Source: Zootoca vivipara (Eukaryota). From it: a stretch of DNA of 64,000 nt. Below the pieces are notes generated by a model. It saw only the letters and a list, made by a program, of their open reading frames with translations, had not been told where the DNA came from and did no database searches. Location of the stretch: positions 28,086,001 to 28,150,000 of the forward strand of contig NC_083288.1 of assembly GCF_963506605.1 (NCBI RefSeq), given 5' to 3'. Position 1 is the stretch's first letter. Each line of letters opens with the position of its first letter. Positions 24,538 to 37,592 of this stretch are shown here, in pieces. The position numbers were made by a program, and so were the translations under genes.

Positions 24538-24934
24538 AGTTATATCATAAAATTATATGTCTATTATATGTCTATTATATTGATAGAAACTTCGCCACTG
24601 CTAATGTTCTAGCATTTGACCAGTCTTCCAATAGGAACTTGATATATCAATGGAAAGATAATTTAATGAAGAATATAATGCAATTACTTTTATGAGGGAT
24701 TATTTATTACAACAGCAGACACAAAGAAGAAATGTGAAGCACACAGAAAAAATGGGATGTTGACACTTTGCGATATATAAGTGAGTTTGGAGTTGCAGTT
24801 TGGGCACTCAGTCTCTAAAAGTTTTGCCATCACTGTAGTAGAGGGTCTCCTAACAACTCTCAAAACTCTTAATAAACTACAGATGAAATTATTCTTTGGG
24901 GTAAATCAGGACTGTTTTAAATTTATAGTGCATA

Positions 24935-25182
24935 CCGTGTTTCTCCGAAAATAAGACACTGTCTTATATTTATTTTTCCCAAAAAAACAAAAAAAAAACC
25001 ACCACTGTGGCTTATTTTCAGGTGATGTCTTATTTTTTATCAAGTATGGTACAGTTTAACCTACAAGGTTAAACTGCCTATCACTATGTCTTATTTTCGG
25101 GGTATGGCTTATATTCCCTGAATGCTTAAAAATCCTGCTATGGCTTATTTTATGGCTACGTTTTATTTTTGGAGAAACAGGG
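24935..25182. mobile_element. Tc1/mariner-family MITE
   Basis: TIR CCGTGTTTCTCCGAAAATAA / TTATTTTTGGAGAAACAGGG with TA on both sides. Confidence 0.85.
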
Positions 25183-25274
25183 TACTTACTAGTCACTGAA
25201 TATAATTTATGTTAGTCCGATACAACTCCATGCTTAAAGCTATTTTAATTGTATTGCAATTACAGCTAAGAATA

Positions 25275-25588
25275 ACGCTTGCCGATCAGAAGGTCGGCGG
25301 TTCGAATCATCGCGACGGGATGAGCTCCTGTTGCTCGGTCCCTGCTCTTGCCAACCTAGCAGTTCGAAAGCACGTTAAAGTGCAAGTAGATAAATAGGTA
25401 CCGCTCTGGCAGGAAGGTAGACGGCGTTTCCGTGCGCTGCTCTGGTATGCCAGAAGCAGCTTCGTCATGCTGGCTACATGACCCAGAAGCTGTACGCCGG
25501 CTCCCTCAGCCAGTAAAGTGAGATGAGCGCCGCAACCCCAGAGTTGACTGTGACTGGACCTAACGGTCAGGGGTCCCTTTACCTTTAC
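25275..25588 (+). mobile_element. Sauria (Squam1) SINE, 5'-truncated, flanked by a 90-bp direct repeat
   Basis: B-box-like GGTTCGAATC, Bov-B-like 3' region and (ACCTTT)n tail. Direct repeats at 25185-25274 and 25589-25678. Confidence 0.9.
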
Positions 25589-25697
25589 CTTACTAGTCAC
25601 TGAATATGATTTATGTTAGTCTGCTACAACTCCTTGCTTAAAGCTATTTTAATTGTATTGCAATTACAGCTAAGAATACTATGTGGTTATTTTTATT

Positions 25698-25852
25698 ACG
25701 TATAAGACGACTGGGCGTGTAAGACGACCCCCCCAACTTTTCCAGTAAAAATATAGAGTTTGGGATATACTCGCCATATAAGAAATACAACCCGACTTTT
25801 GAGAAGATTTTCCTGGGTTAAAAAGTAGTCTTATACGCAGGAATATACAGTA
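25698..25852. mobile_element. Partial mariner/Tigger-like MITE
   Basis: Repeated TAAGACGAC subterminal motifs and right end GTCTTATACGC.GGAATATACAG-TA. Confidence 0.55.
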
Positions 25853-26364
25853 CATCTTTCTATGATTTCAAGGAATTTTTGCATGTTTCTCTCATAGCTG
25901 CCAAGTTTTCCCTTTTCTCGCTATGAAGCCTATTCAGCATAAGGGAAAATCCCTTTAAAAAAGGGATAACTTGGCAGCTATGAAGTTTCTGTGTAACTCC
26001 ACCCCCTCTCATATATCCCCATTTTTGTAAGGGAAAACTGAACAGGTTTTGTAAGGGAAAACTGAACAAGGGAAAACGAGGTATTTGCTGTCTGGGTCTG
26101 TGCTTTGAATGGCTAAGAATAAGTTATGCGTGAATAGCAACAACAAAATCCAGTATTCTCCTACTTGGGGCTGTTCTTTAAATGGGGAACAATTAGCTAG
26201 CTGTCTGTATGACAAAATCTAATTTCAGCATGCTGTTTACTAGGAGTGGGAACTGTCTTTTGTGCTTCTTTTACACACCACTTTATACATTCTGGTCATG
26301 CTCAATCTTTGGAAATTATATAGTGCCGGCAATTGAAAGTATACTAATTCATTGCTTCCAAACA

Positions 26365-27327
26365 TTATAATGAATGAATGATCATCTGTGGAAAAAATAA
26401 TTTTCTGTTCCTGATCTTGGTCACCATCCTCTTAATGGCACCATTTACTTCCTTATTCCTTAGGGTGTAGATAATAGGGTTCAGCATGGGTGTGATGGTG
26501 GTGTACACCAAAGCCAAGAATTTCTCACTATCCTGAGCATTAAGTGATTTGGGCCTCAGATAAATCAAGCTGCCACTCCCATAGTACAGGGTCACCACCA
26601 AGACATGAGAAGAGCAGGTGGAGAAAGCTCTCTGACGCCCTTCCAAGGATGTCATCTTCAGGACGTTGGAAATAATCAGAAAGTAGGACACAATGATAAG
26701 GGAAAAGGGGGTGAAAATAACTAGAATGGCAGCTGTAAAGAGCTGCATTTCATACAAAGAAGTGCCAGTGCATGAAAGCTTGATGAGTGGTGGGATATCA
26801 CAGAAAAAATAATTAATTTGGTTTGTTCCACAGAATGGCAGAGTGAAGACCCAAGCTGTCTGAAGCAAAGACACCAAGTTGCCCATGAACCATGAGAGGA
26901 CAGTCAGTGAAAGGCAAACATTCTGGTTCATGATGATCATGTATCTCAGTGGTTTGCATATGGCCACATAACGGTCATAGGCCATAACAGCCAGGAGGAA
27001 GCATTCTGATGCCCCTAAGAAAAGCAAGAAGAACATTTGTGTGGCACATCCAGTGTAGGAAATTCTCTTGTTCTCTGATAGGAAATTAACCAGCATTTGG
27101 GGGAGGGTCACTGAAGAGTAGCAAATGTCCAGGAAAGACAAGACCTTCAGAAAGAAATACATTGGTGTGTGAAGTGATGGATCTGCTATGACCATGATGA
27201 AAATGAGCATGTTCCCCAACACTATTATTATGTAAACCAATAGAAAGACAATGAACAAAAACAGCTGCAGGTCAGGGTGATTCATTAAACCCAAGAGGAC
27301 AAATCCATTCTCTCTTGTAGCATTCAT
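26365..27327 (-). CDS. Olfactory receptor, class II, intact (320 aa)
   Basis: MNAT glycosylation site, [43 protein letters not shown]. Polypyrimidine/AG acceptor just upstream of ATG 27327. Confidence 0.95.
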   Translation of the reverse strand: MNATRENGFVLLGLMNHPDLQLFLFIVFLLVYIIIVLGNMLIFIMVIADPSLHTPMYFFLKVLSFLDICYSSVTLPQMLVNFLSENKRISYTGCATQMFFLLFLGASECFLLAVMAYDRYVAICKPLRYMIIMNQNVCLSLTVLSWFMGNLVSLLQTAWVFTLPFCGTNQINYFFCDIPPLIKLSCTGTSLYEMQLFTAAILVIFTPFSLIIVSYFLIISNVLKMTSLEGRQRAFSTCSSHVLVVTLYYGSGSLIYLRPKSLNAQDSEKFLALVYTTITPMLNPIIYTLRNKEVNGAIKRMVTKIRNRKLFFPQMIIHSL

Positions 27328-27996
27328 TGCTCTTGCTTGAAGGGGAAAAAAAGAATGCAAAATCTGTTAAAGAAAGCTTAAAATAACATCAGAAGGAATA
27401 ATTGTAATCAATGAAGCAGTAATAAAGTATTTGCATATTTACTGCTGGCAGTAAAAGCAGCAAGAAAGCACTGTGAGATTGCATTTTATTTAGTTAGTCT
27501 CGTATGTAGTCATCAGACTGTCACAAAGCGTAAGTTTCACAATCTTAGTCAACATGATGTTTCAGACAAAATTCCTATTAGCCACAGCCAACATTGGCAT
27601 GGTTAGAGATTATAAGATTTGCTGTCCAACGCCATGTCGAAATGTTAAGGTTTGGGAAGGCTGCTCTGGAGAACACAGGACAGAAGCCATTCAGAGATGG
27701 CTTCTGCTAAAGAGATGGCAGAAAACCACTGGAGCTTTGGGCAGCCACATATTAACAAGTCATTTCTCTGAATAGCCACATCCAAAGATTTCATGGAAAA
27801 ATTGTCAAGATTTTAAAACAACATCAGGGCTGTTTTAAATAGCTCTGTGTAGCCTCAGTGATCACAGTGCAATTTGTTCACATGGAGTGACTTATTGCAC
27901 AGTGGGGTATTCTTTTCTTATTAGCACAAAACTGCTGGAAAAGATAACATTTCTGCTATTGTGATAAAAATAACTTCAAGTGATCTAAATTAAGTG

Positions 27997-28034
<38 letters not shown>
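27997..28034. repeat. (ACA)n microsatellite
   Basis: Direct reading. Confidence 0.95.
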
Positions 28035-31009
28035 CCAGACAACACAGCACTGAATTTTGGTGAAGAATATGAATTGTGGAATGTAATCACTGTTATTTTT
28101 AATGTTGCATAATCCGGCTGAAGTGATTTTTTAAAAAAAGAGCTATTGTATTCCAATGGAAAAGATGTGTTCCCTTTGAAAACCCTTCCAAATAAATAAA
28201 TTTGGGGAAGTAGTTATTTTTATTTTTTATTTTTTTAAAGTATGAACATGGTCCACCCAAAATTAAAGGCTTTTCAGTAACATTTATTTCAACAAGGGAG
28301 GTTTAAAGACCATGGTGATTCTCTCTTTGAAGTTACTGGCATACAGTGGTGCATATTTCTTTATACATTTTATCACTGAGAAGCCAACATGATAGCAATA
28401 AATTAATAAATCTCACTCTTACATAGAAGGCTTATTGTGTATGCATTCATGCAGCGTTAATTATCGTATAAACATTTCAATCTTATATACTTGAGAGTAG
28501 GTCCCTTTGAACTAAGTGGAACTTACTTCTGAGTAGACAGTAAAGAGTAAAGAGTAAAGAGCACAGTAAAGAGTAAAGAGCACTGCATTGTAGATCAAGT
28601 TGAAGTCAAAATACAGTGGATCTTGGAGCCCATCGCTCGGGGCGGCCCGCCCCCACCGCCCCTATCTTCCTACGCCCCTGCTTGCCAGTTCACTTGGATC
28701 TTTCTCTTGTTAATTTTTTTTGTAGTAAAGAGTCTCACTTACCAGCATAATGAATGCAAATACACACCAGTGCAGGAAATGCCAGCTGAAATTTCTTAAT
28801 GAAGCAAAATGAAATCTTGAAAGAGATGGAAACGTAGATGGGCCAGGTGGTTCTTCCACACCCAACTGTTGAAATGAAGAAGAAAATAAGAATATAAAAT
28901 AATTTTTCTAAAACAGGGAAATTTCCTTTCATTTCCCAATACATTTCTGATTAAAAAATACTGAAGAGTGAACAATATTCAGTCTCTCTTACTCTCACTA
29001 CTTTCCGCTCATAGATATCATCTGCCTATAGAATGGGCAGACTGATTTCAGAGGCATGTCTCAGACTTCTGTTTGCCCCTAAAGGACAGGATCGTGTAGG
29101 GACCTAGGGGGTTTCTAATAAAGTTTACATTCTGTTCTCCATTACACAAACTTTTGTTTCATTTCCCAGCAATAAAAGTTATTTGAATAAGTTATAAAAG
29201 TTGTTCAATGACTTCCTCCCACTTTGAAATACCATTTTCAATTCCATTTGCCTTATTTGCATTATAAGATCATTTCCTTCTCATTTGTTTCACAATTGCC
29301 ATCTGCTATAAGAAACTAAGGTCAGTAGCCCATTTTGGCTCACCAATCAGTATCATTCTGGGGAGGGTGAAACTGAATTATGTGACTTCAATTGGAGGCC
29401 TACAATGAGTCTGCAAATGTGCAACTATATGTGCATAGGGGTCCCTTCACATGATTAGGAATTCCAACTGCATAAATTTCAGGATTCCTAAAAGTCTAAA
29501 CTCCATGCAGACTTTCAAATGAATACAGATACATTGCAGTAGATCCTGTTTTTGTGATCCTGCTTCTAACCCCTGCCCACTCCTTGACATGCAAATCAAT
29601 GAACTCAACAAGGTAGAGTATTTTTGTCATTTCATAGCACAAAAGTATTCTCACAGTCCCTTAGCTCCTATTATACTGCATTAAGTCCAACTGAGCATAG
29701 CTCAGTGCTACAACCCACACATTGCTTGCATAAGATCTAAATCTGTGGCATCAACCATTTAGAAAGCTTGGGCAGCAAGTGATCACATATATCAGTCATC
29801 TGGAAAATCCCATCCACTAAAGGTAGGGAGGTAGCGATTTAAAGACATACCTCTCTGATCTCATTGAGGTCATAATCAAAGCCACCTTTCCCATTGAATT
29901 ATATTGATTTTCCTCAATGATGCCAGAATGTGACTGAGAGAGAAAAGGACACCAGATATCCAGGCTATCTTGCTTTTATTTTATTTTAAAACTAGGGGAT
30001 GCCTGCTCACTTTGGTCACCAATCCCACCTACGCACCAAACTCTTTTACAACCTATGTCCCTCCCTACCTGGCCAACGCTTGAGACTTTTACACCTGACT
30101 AGATCTCATTCCCTTTACAAATCACCCACCCCCTCCCCTATCCCCTCACAGCTCACCACCCACACAGCTCGCCCCAAGTCTCTCCTCCCCTCACAACTCA
30201 GCCCAACTTCTTTTATAAAAGGGTAGAAGTTGCTCCCTTCCTGGGCTCCAGGAAGGTCATGGGAGGAGCCCTCCGCCTTATAGAGGTATGGTTCTGGACA
30301 GCAGTGGAGAAGCAAGGTGGGGGCGGTCCACCCCAGGTGTCATCCTGGGGGGGGGTGACATTTGACGTGCCGCCCGCCCGTGACTCCCAAGTCTCCCCCG
30401 ACTCCCAAACTGTCAAAATGAAGGGGGAAGGCCGTCAGCAAAGTGGCACAGCTTCCCCCCTTCCCCCAACGGCTTGGGGGAGAGTCGTGGGCATGTGGCT
30501 AGCCCCCCTGTGATGCACGAGGCTAGCCCCCCTGGGGCGCATGAGGCTAGCCCCACCCTGTGTAGCTAGCCCCACCCCTGGTGCACCTAGCTCCAGGTGC
30601 ACCTAGCTCTGCCTCTGCTGGTTGATTCCTTACTGTGCATGATTTTGCCTTTGCATCTGTACCCCCAGAATGGAATCCTTAGATAAGTGCCAGACCAACT
30701 GCACTTTAGGCCCAAATAAGCTGTGTATAGATGGTTCCAGCATCCACAGTGAAAAGGATCAAGGTTACAGATTAATTGGTTACAAATTAATAACCAGCAG
30801 TAAAGCTCAGTTATTTATTTTCCCACAAACTCTTGGTTATACTTTGACATTGCTCCTTCTCTAAATTTTGCAGTTCTTTAGTGAGGCAATGTGCACAAAA
30901 ACGCTAGGGTGAAGTGTGCATAAAAATGCACTGAATTGCATTTTATTTGGGGAAATTACTTTTCAAAATATTTCAGGAGAAATAATCACAAAAACGCTGG
31001 TGAATTTTC

Positions 31010-33495
31010 TTTTTTTAAAAAATAATTTTTATTAGTTTTATATAATAACACAAAAAGACAAGACATAAGAAAAAGAAACATTTCTGGCCACCTTCCCTCC
31101 CTCCCCCCCCCACAAGTCCCCTTCTGCCACAAGTGGATCCTGCGGGTGTTGCGAGTCGAAGGTAGTCCATTTTAAAGCTGGGTTTGTCCTCACCCCCCTC
31201 TCCTTAGCTCCTGGACCCCCCCCCTGCCACCAGGAGGCCCTGAGACACAAGGAGAGATTGAGATAGGGAACCCCCCCCCCAACCATTTATATCCTCCGGC
31301 ATAATACACAAACAAACAAAAAATTAAAAATATCAATTTCTTAGTTTGTTAAACATTGTATTTGTGACTTCCTCAGATCCCTTCTTCCTGATTTTCATAG
31401 TTCTTAATATAATTATGGCGGGTTTCTTATTCATGATTCCAATTCTTATTCTTAAAAATCAACATTATTTCCCTCCTTCTTCTTGCCACCTCCCCACAGG
31501 CCCCCTCCTGCCACAAGAGGCACCTATGTGGTGCGACCATCCAAGGGAGGTCTATTTTGTAGTTGGGTTTCCTTCCCCCCTCCCTCCCCCCCAGAGCCCC
31601 CCCTGCCACCAGAGGCTTTGGGTCGATAGGGAGGAAGATAGGTGGCTATCCCCCCAACTACCTCACTGTCAGGAGTATGGGCAGGAGTCAGGCTCTGGGG
31701 CCTGTAGTGCCTTGCAGGACTGGGGCTTGCCTCAGCTTGTGCTGGGGAAGCAAGGCGTGGCCACACAGGTGAAGACATCAGCTTGTGCTGGAGAGGCAAG
31801 GAGTAGTCACCCAGGTGAGGCCACTTGAGATCTCACTGCACCTGGTGGCAGGAGCTGGGAGGGATAAAAGCCCAGCATTTCCCTTCAGCTCTTTGCCACA
31901 GCAACGCCTTCCCTGCCTGGTTGCCTCTGGCCTCTTGCTCCTGGAACTCTTGCCTTGTCGACGCCTTGCTCCTCGACCCTTGGACCTTCGCCTTGCTTCT
32001 TGTTCCTGGATCCTTCACCTTGCTCCTTGGACCCTTGCTTCGCCTTCGCCTTGCTTCATGCCCCGTGGACCTTCGCCTCTGCCTTGCTCCTCGACCCTGC
32101 TTCTTCACCACCATCTTGCCTCTGGTCCTGACGCCCACCGACCGGACCGTGGCACTCACTAAACATAGCATTACTATTCCACAAATCTATGATTTCTTTC
32201 CCCAGCCCTTCCTCCACCCCCATAAGAAATGTCAATTGTTACATATTATTAATATCTCAAACCAAACATCTTAACATTATTCTCTTAAACACCCTCTCCT
32301 AACCCCCCCCCCCGGAGTCTTTCCCCCATTTGGTCCAGCATTTCCTTTATCAAGCCAAAATTTCAGAGCCATTTTTCAGCCAGCCTGTGAACCCGTTTAC
32401 CAGTTTTTCATCCCACACCAAATCTATCCCAGTTCAACATTCCAGTCTCTGTCCTCCCTTCCCTCTGCCTTCTCCCCCCTCAATCTCACTTCTCCCTTTT
32501 CCATTTTCCCCAGTCTCCCCATTTTCAAAAATCATTTTCCATTGGGGGTGATGCTTCTCCACAGAGATTGCCTTCTCAATTGAGTTCCCAGAACTTTCAT
32601 TTTCAGAAATAGCCTCTTGGTCCTGTCCATGGTCCACTGTACTCACCAACAGTGAACTAAATTGTTCCTGTCTCTTTAAGAGATCTCTCATATCTCCTAG
32701 CATTTCCAAGTAGTTTAATACAATCTGCCGGAAGGCTGCTGAATAGGGTGTTGACATTCTTTCTTAAGCACAAGCAGAATGAAGATTAGAAGACAGTAGA
32801 CACTGGAAATTTCCTTCCTTAAAAACGGTTACCTCCATCTTGGCTAACCCTTTTCAAAGTCTTTAACATCTTCCAATATCAAATAGCATCCTTAACTAAA
32901 ATTTCTCATTCTTTCCCTTTTTGACAGCTGTCAAATTTATTTCTTAATGGCCTTGCTGCGCCTCGTAGGGTGCCAGCTCCAGGGTCAAGAAGGGGTTAAA
33001 AAGGCTTTCTTTCTTTGGAGTTATAGAAGCAGTCCTTCTCCCTTTCGGTTTAGGAATATTTTCACGCCTCTAAAATCCACAGTAGGAAGAGATCGACTTC
33101 CGTTTTTTGGAAACTCTTCCTATAGTTCCAATTAAATTTCGATAATTCCAATTAGAGATTTGACTTACTTTCTCCAGATCTTTTGTTTCTTTGGAAGAAT
33201 CTGCCGCTTGCTGGTAGAAGACTCGGGGCTTCACTTCTCAGAGGTGACGGTGGTGCCCAAAATGGCTCCCACGACTCCACTCCGCTGGCTCACGGCCGGC
33301 TCTACTGAACCTCCCGGGCAGCGGAGGAATCGAAAAATTTCGGAGCTCTGCTGGGCTGCTAAGCCCCCGGGACGCTCTTCCCGGGGTTCTTGTGGGGAAT
33401 CCGCGCGCCCCGCGGATTCCCCCCCCCGCGATGCCAGAGACCTCGGGGCCCGAGGTCTCTGCATCTTCTTGCCAGCGCGGCAGAACGGAAGTCCC
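31010..33495 (-). mobile_element. Non-autonomous poly(A) retroelement (~2.5 kb) with CpG-rich 5' end and a short ORF, no RT
   Basis: Perfect 17-bp TSD AACGCTGGTGAATTTTC (30993-31009, 33496-33512). 5' end GGGACTTCCG, AATAAA plus A-rich tail, ATG ORF 32434-32757. Inserted into an older repeat. Confidence 0.85.
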
Positions 33496-33952
33496 AACGC
33501 TGGTGAATTTTCACAAAGGCTTTTAAAATATAAAATAAAATGGCAAGCTGATGTGGAAATCTATAAAACTGAAGAGTGGAAAAATGAGAAACAAGAGAAA
33601 CTGAAATTTACATATTCACCCACTCCTGCCTTTAGGGCCCTGTGCTCACACGTTTCTCCATATCCCAACATGAATTTGGGCAAGACTGGCTGGGACAGGG
33701 CCTTTCTGCTCTGTGCCTCTGCATTAGTTATGGAACTGGAGTTCAACAATATCTGGAGGCCACTACATTGAGTGAATAAAGTATTTTTCACAAATAATCA
33801 CTGTGGAGTATTTGGCTGGAGGAGGGACCTACTACATTGTGCATAACTTTCATTGTATGACTATTTCATGGGGTGTTAGATGTGGAGGAACTGGTGTGCA
33901 CCTGAATTGCTCTATACATGTGAAATGGAAGTGAAGATGATAGATAGATGAT

Positions 33953-34010
<58 letters not shown>
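33953..34010. repeat. (GACA)n microsatellite
   Basis: Direct reading. Confidence 0.95.
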
Positions 34011-34055
34011 AAACTTACAATGTCTTAGGAACTACTACAGTGCAAATATAATTAT

Positions 34056-34804
34056 TGTAGCCTTATCGATCTGTAGCCTTGTCCTCTCTATGACTGGGGA
34101 TTGTGCATTGCTCACGGAGGGGGAGGAAGGAAGTCAAAATGGACACCGAGGTTGTTTTTAGAAAAAGTGTTTATTTCTGCTAGCAGAAGGCACTGCGTGA
34201 TCAGTTCACAGCAAGAGCAGAGAAAGACAGTTTGCATGAGGCTTATATCCCCTTTTTGGAGTTCTCCACCCCCTCCCAGGAATCCCCAGAAATAATAATG
34301 ATACAGCTAATGGACATAAAGGGTCATGGGTTACATCTTGAGTATATCTTAAAGGTTCCTGTCCTGCACCTTATCATATGCACGTTGTCAATGTAAAGCT
34401 TCTGGGTGACCCTGGTACCAGCCTCAAGCAGCCTTAAGTGTGGGGCCTGAATTCCTGTCTTGCCTGGTTTGTGCGTCGAACTGGTAGTGCATCATCCTCT
34501 TGATAAGCCTCGCTCTGTCTTCCTGACAAGGCCAGCCATTGGCCTTGATAGCTAGCAGGGCATCCTGTCTAAAGTTTACATTACACTTTGGCATGAAGGG
34601 ACTAATGGATTTTCAAAAGAAACAGAGAGATAGAGAGAAAACATCTTAGGAATTTGCAGAGCCCCAGCTTGGGGTTTAGCTGTGCAATCATAATTCCCTG
34701 ATCAGGATTGCCTGATCAGAATTGGCAAGCTATACATATGATCAAGCAATCTATACATATGATCAGAACTGGGTTACATCTTCCTTCACTATTACATCTC
34801 TACA
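34056..34804 (-). mobile_element. Possible solo LTR
   Basis: TGTAG...CTACA termini and minus-strand AATAAA near 34170. TSD not resolved. Confidence 0.35.
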
Positions 34805-34857
34805 GCAGCAATGGATACAATTCTGAAGAAACCAAATATTCATTGACACACACTGTT

Positions 34858-35811
34858 TTATCTTAGAAATCTAGCCTGAATTATTTTTGCTTGAATTTTC
34901 CTTAAGGCTTCTTTCACCTCTTTATTTCGCAGGCTATAGATCAGGGGATTGACCATTGGAGTCAAGACAGTGTAAAAGGCAGAGAAAACTTTGTTCAAAT
35001 CTCCCAGCAACTGAGTGTCAGGCAGCATGTACACAATCATCAGGGTCCCATAGAAAATGGTGACCACAATGAGATGGGATGAGCAGGTAGAGAAAGCCTT
35101 TTTCCTTCCTGTGGAAGAAGGGATTCTCAAGATGGTGGCTATGATGCAAGCATAAGATGTCACCGTCAGAAAAAAGGGGGGCAGTGTGAAAATGCAAGCA
35201 ATCATGAAAGCAACAATTATAATTTTGTGAGTATCACTGCAAGCCAATTTTAGCAAGGGGTTGAAGTCACAAAAGAAATGATCTATTTTGTTTGCCCCAC
35301 AGAATGTCAACTGCAACAAAGGAAATAATATAGTATTTCCTAGAAAGCCACTTATCCAGGACCCAAGCATTAAACAGAGGCAATCCCTGTTGCTCATAAG
35401 GGTTGTGTAGTGCAAAGGTTTGCATATAGCCAAATATCGATCATATGACATGGCAGATAAGAGGAAACATTCTGTTGCAGCCAGTGAACCAAAGAAGTAC
35501 ATCTGTAAAAAACAGCCATTGAAAGAAATTGATCTGTTTCCAGTCACAAAACTGGCCAGCATCCTGGGCAAGATTGTTGAGCTGTAGCAAGTCTCCAAGC
35601 ATGACAGATTCCCTAGGAAGTAGTACATTGGTGTGTGCAGATGCTGATCAGCCATAACAAGTGTGACAATGAGGATGTTTCCAACCATGGTGATAATGTA
35701 GATTATCAGGATCATCAGAAAGAGCAAGACCTGGACAGCTGGGATATCTCCAAACCCCAAAAGGATAAACTCTGTAACCACTGTTTGGTTTTCCAATACT
35801 TTCTTTTCCAT
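34858..35811 (-). CDS. Olfactory receptor, class II, intact (317 aa)
   Basis: NQT site, [43 protein letters not shown]. Acceptor ttatttctAG shortly upstream. Confidence 0.95.
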   Translation of the reverse strand: MEKKVLENQTVVTEFILLGFGDIPAVQVLLFLMILIIYIITMVGNILIVTLVMADQHLHTPMYYFLGNLSCLETCYSSTILPRMLASFVTGNRSISFNGCFLQMYFFGSLAATECFLLSAMSYDRYLAICKPLHYTTLMSNRDCLCLMLGSWISGFLGNTILFPLLQLTFCGANKIDHFFCDFNPLLKLACSDTHKIIIVAFMIACIFTLPPFFLTVTSYACIIATILRIPSSTGRKKAFSTCSSHLIVVTIFYGTLMIVYMLPDTQLLGDLNKVFSAFYTVLTPMVNPLIYSLRNKEVKEALRKIQAKIIQARFLR

Positions 35812-36674
35812 AGAATGAATCTAGAAATAAGTAAAATTGTTATTAAATAAACTTTTTCTATGTACAAATGGGGCTTTCCCCCAGCTAGTTTAGATTAAAA
35901 GACTTATTCACAATATATATATTTCTCTCAAATCTCAAAACACACATTTCACAATGATTCCCCCATCCCTGAAAACAGACATAATTAAATGTGGGACTTT
36001 CATGCAGTGTGAAATCCAGTGGATTTCTGATCCACACATGAATCTTCCACCCGGTCAGTTCATAATGGAATTCTCAATGATCAATTTAATCCAGCAACAC
36101 ACACACATTCTAAAAGCTAAATGTAACAGAGTATTAGCATACCATACAACAAAAAGCATTCAAAAATACTTATGTTGACAAGCAAAGTATTATTAGACAA
36201 ACCTCATTCATTAAAGGGGCCAGCAACCTTTCATGTTATTTCTCAAGTTGCAGAGAGATAACATTCTTATTTCTGAAATATCTTAATTTAAATCACCTTT
36301 TAATTGGAGGAATAAGGGGGAAAGATTATTTACACATCTATATCACCTGGTAGAAAACTATTATGTTTACCATGTTAAATGAAGTTGCTTTCTCCTTACC
36401 TAGATAATGGATATTGATTGGAAAAGAAACAGAGAAATCACACCTCATGGAAATGAAACTCTCAATTATGGTGTGGTTGGCACTCCAAATCCTAACAGAA
36501 CAAAGAGATATGTTGCAGTTTTCTAATTTACCAGTGATGAATATTTAGTGCATCCTTGCGGAATACTGCGTGGGGGGGGGGACACACATGAATTTGCAAA
36601 ACATTTCCCACATGCACACACATACAGGAGTAGATTTAATGGTTTATGAAGACATTGAGTTCCTTGTTCTCATT

Positions 36675-37592
36675 TAGAATCATAGAATAATAGAATTGGA
36701 AGAGACCACAAGGGCCATCCAGTCCAACCCCCTGCCAAGCAGGAAACACCATCAAAGCATTCCTGACATATGGCTGTCAAGCCTCCGCTTAAAGACCTCC
36801 AAAGAAGGAGACTCCACCACACTCCTTGGCAGCAAATTCCACTGCCGAACAGCTCTTACTGTCAGGAAGTTCTTCCTAATGTTTAGGTGGAATCTTCTTT
36901 CTTGTAGTTTGAATCCATTGCTCCGTGTCTGCTTCTCTGTAGCTGCAGAAAACAACCTTTCTCCCTCCTCTATATGACATCCTTTTATATAATTTGAACA
37001 TGGCTATCATATCATCTCTTAACCTTCTCTTCTCCAGGCTAAACATACCCAGTTCCATAAGCCATTCCTCATAAGGCATCATTTCCAGGCATTTGACGAT
37101 TTTGGTTGCCCTCCTCTGGACACGTTCCAGTTTGTCAATATCCTTCTTGAACTGTGGTGCCTAGAACTGGACACAGTACTCCAGGTGAGGTCTGACCAAA
37201 GCACAATACAGTGGTACTATTACTTCCCTTGATCTAGATGCTATACTCCTATTGGTGCAGCCCAGAGTTGCATTGGCTTTTTTAGCTGCTGCATCACACT
37301 CTTGACTCATGTCAAGTTTGTGGTCTACCAAGACTCCTAGATCCTTTTCACATGTACTGCTCTGAAGCCAGGTGTCACCCATCCTGTATCTGTGCCTTTC
37401 ACCCCCCCCCCCCCCCGTGTAGTACTTTACAGTTCTCCCTGTTAAAATTCATCTTGTTTGCTTTGGCCCAGTTGTCTAATCTGTTAAGGTCATTTTGAAG
37501 TATGATCCTGTCCTCTGGGGTATTAGCCACCCCTCCCAATTTGGTGTCATCTGCAAACTTGATCAGTATGCCCTCAAGCCCATCATCCAAGT
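36675..37592 (-). mobile_element. CR1 LINE, 5'-truncated and frameshifted
   Basis: [40 protein letters not shown]-like and WNLLPRSVV motifs. (ATTCTATG)-type tail. Confidence 0.92.

Noticed and set aside
16757-28156. ORFs with poly-L, N, Y, C, V or S runs
   Set aside because: Translations of microsatellites.
31085-31280. Possible HDV-like ribozyme in the duplicated module (CTTCGACTCGC loop-like sequence)
   Set aside because: I could not assemble consistent P1, P2 and P3 pairings.
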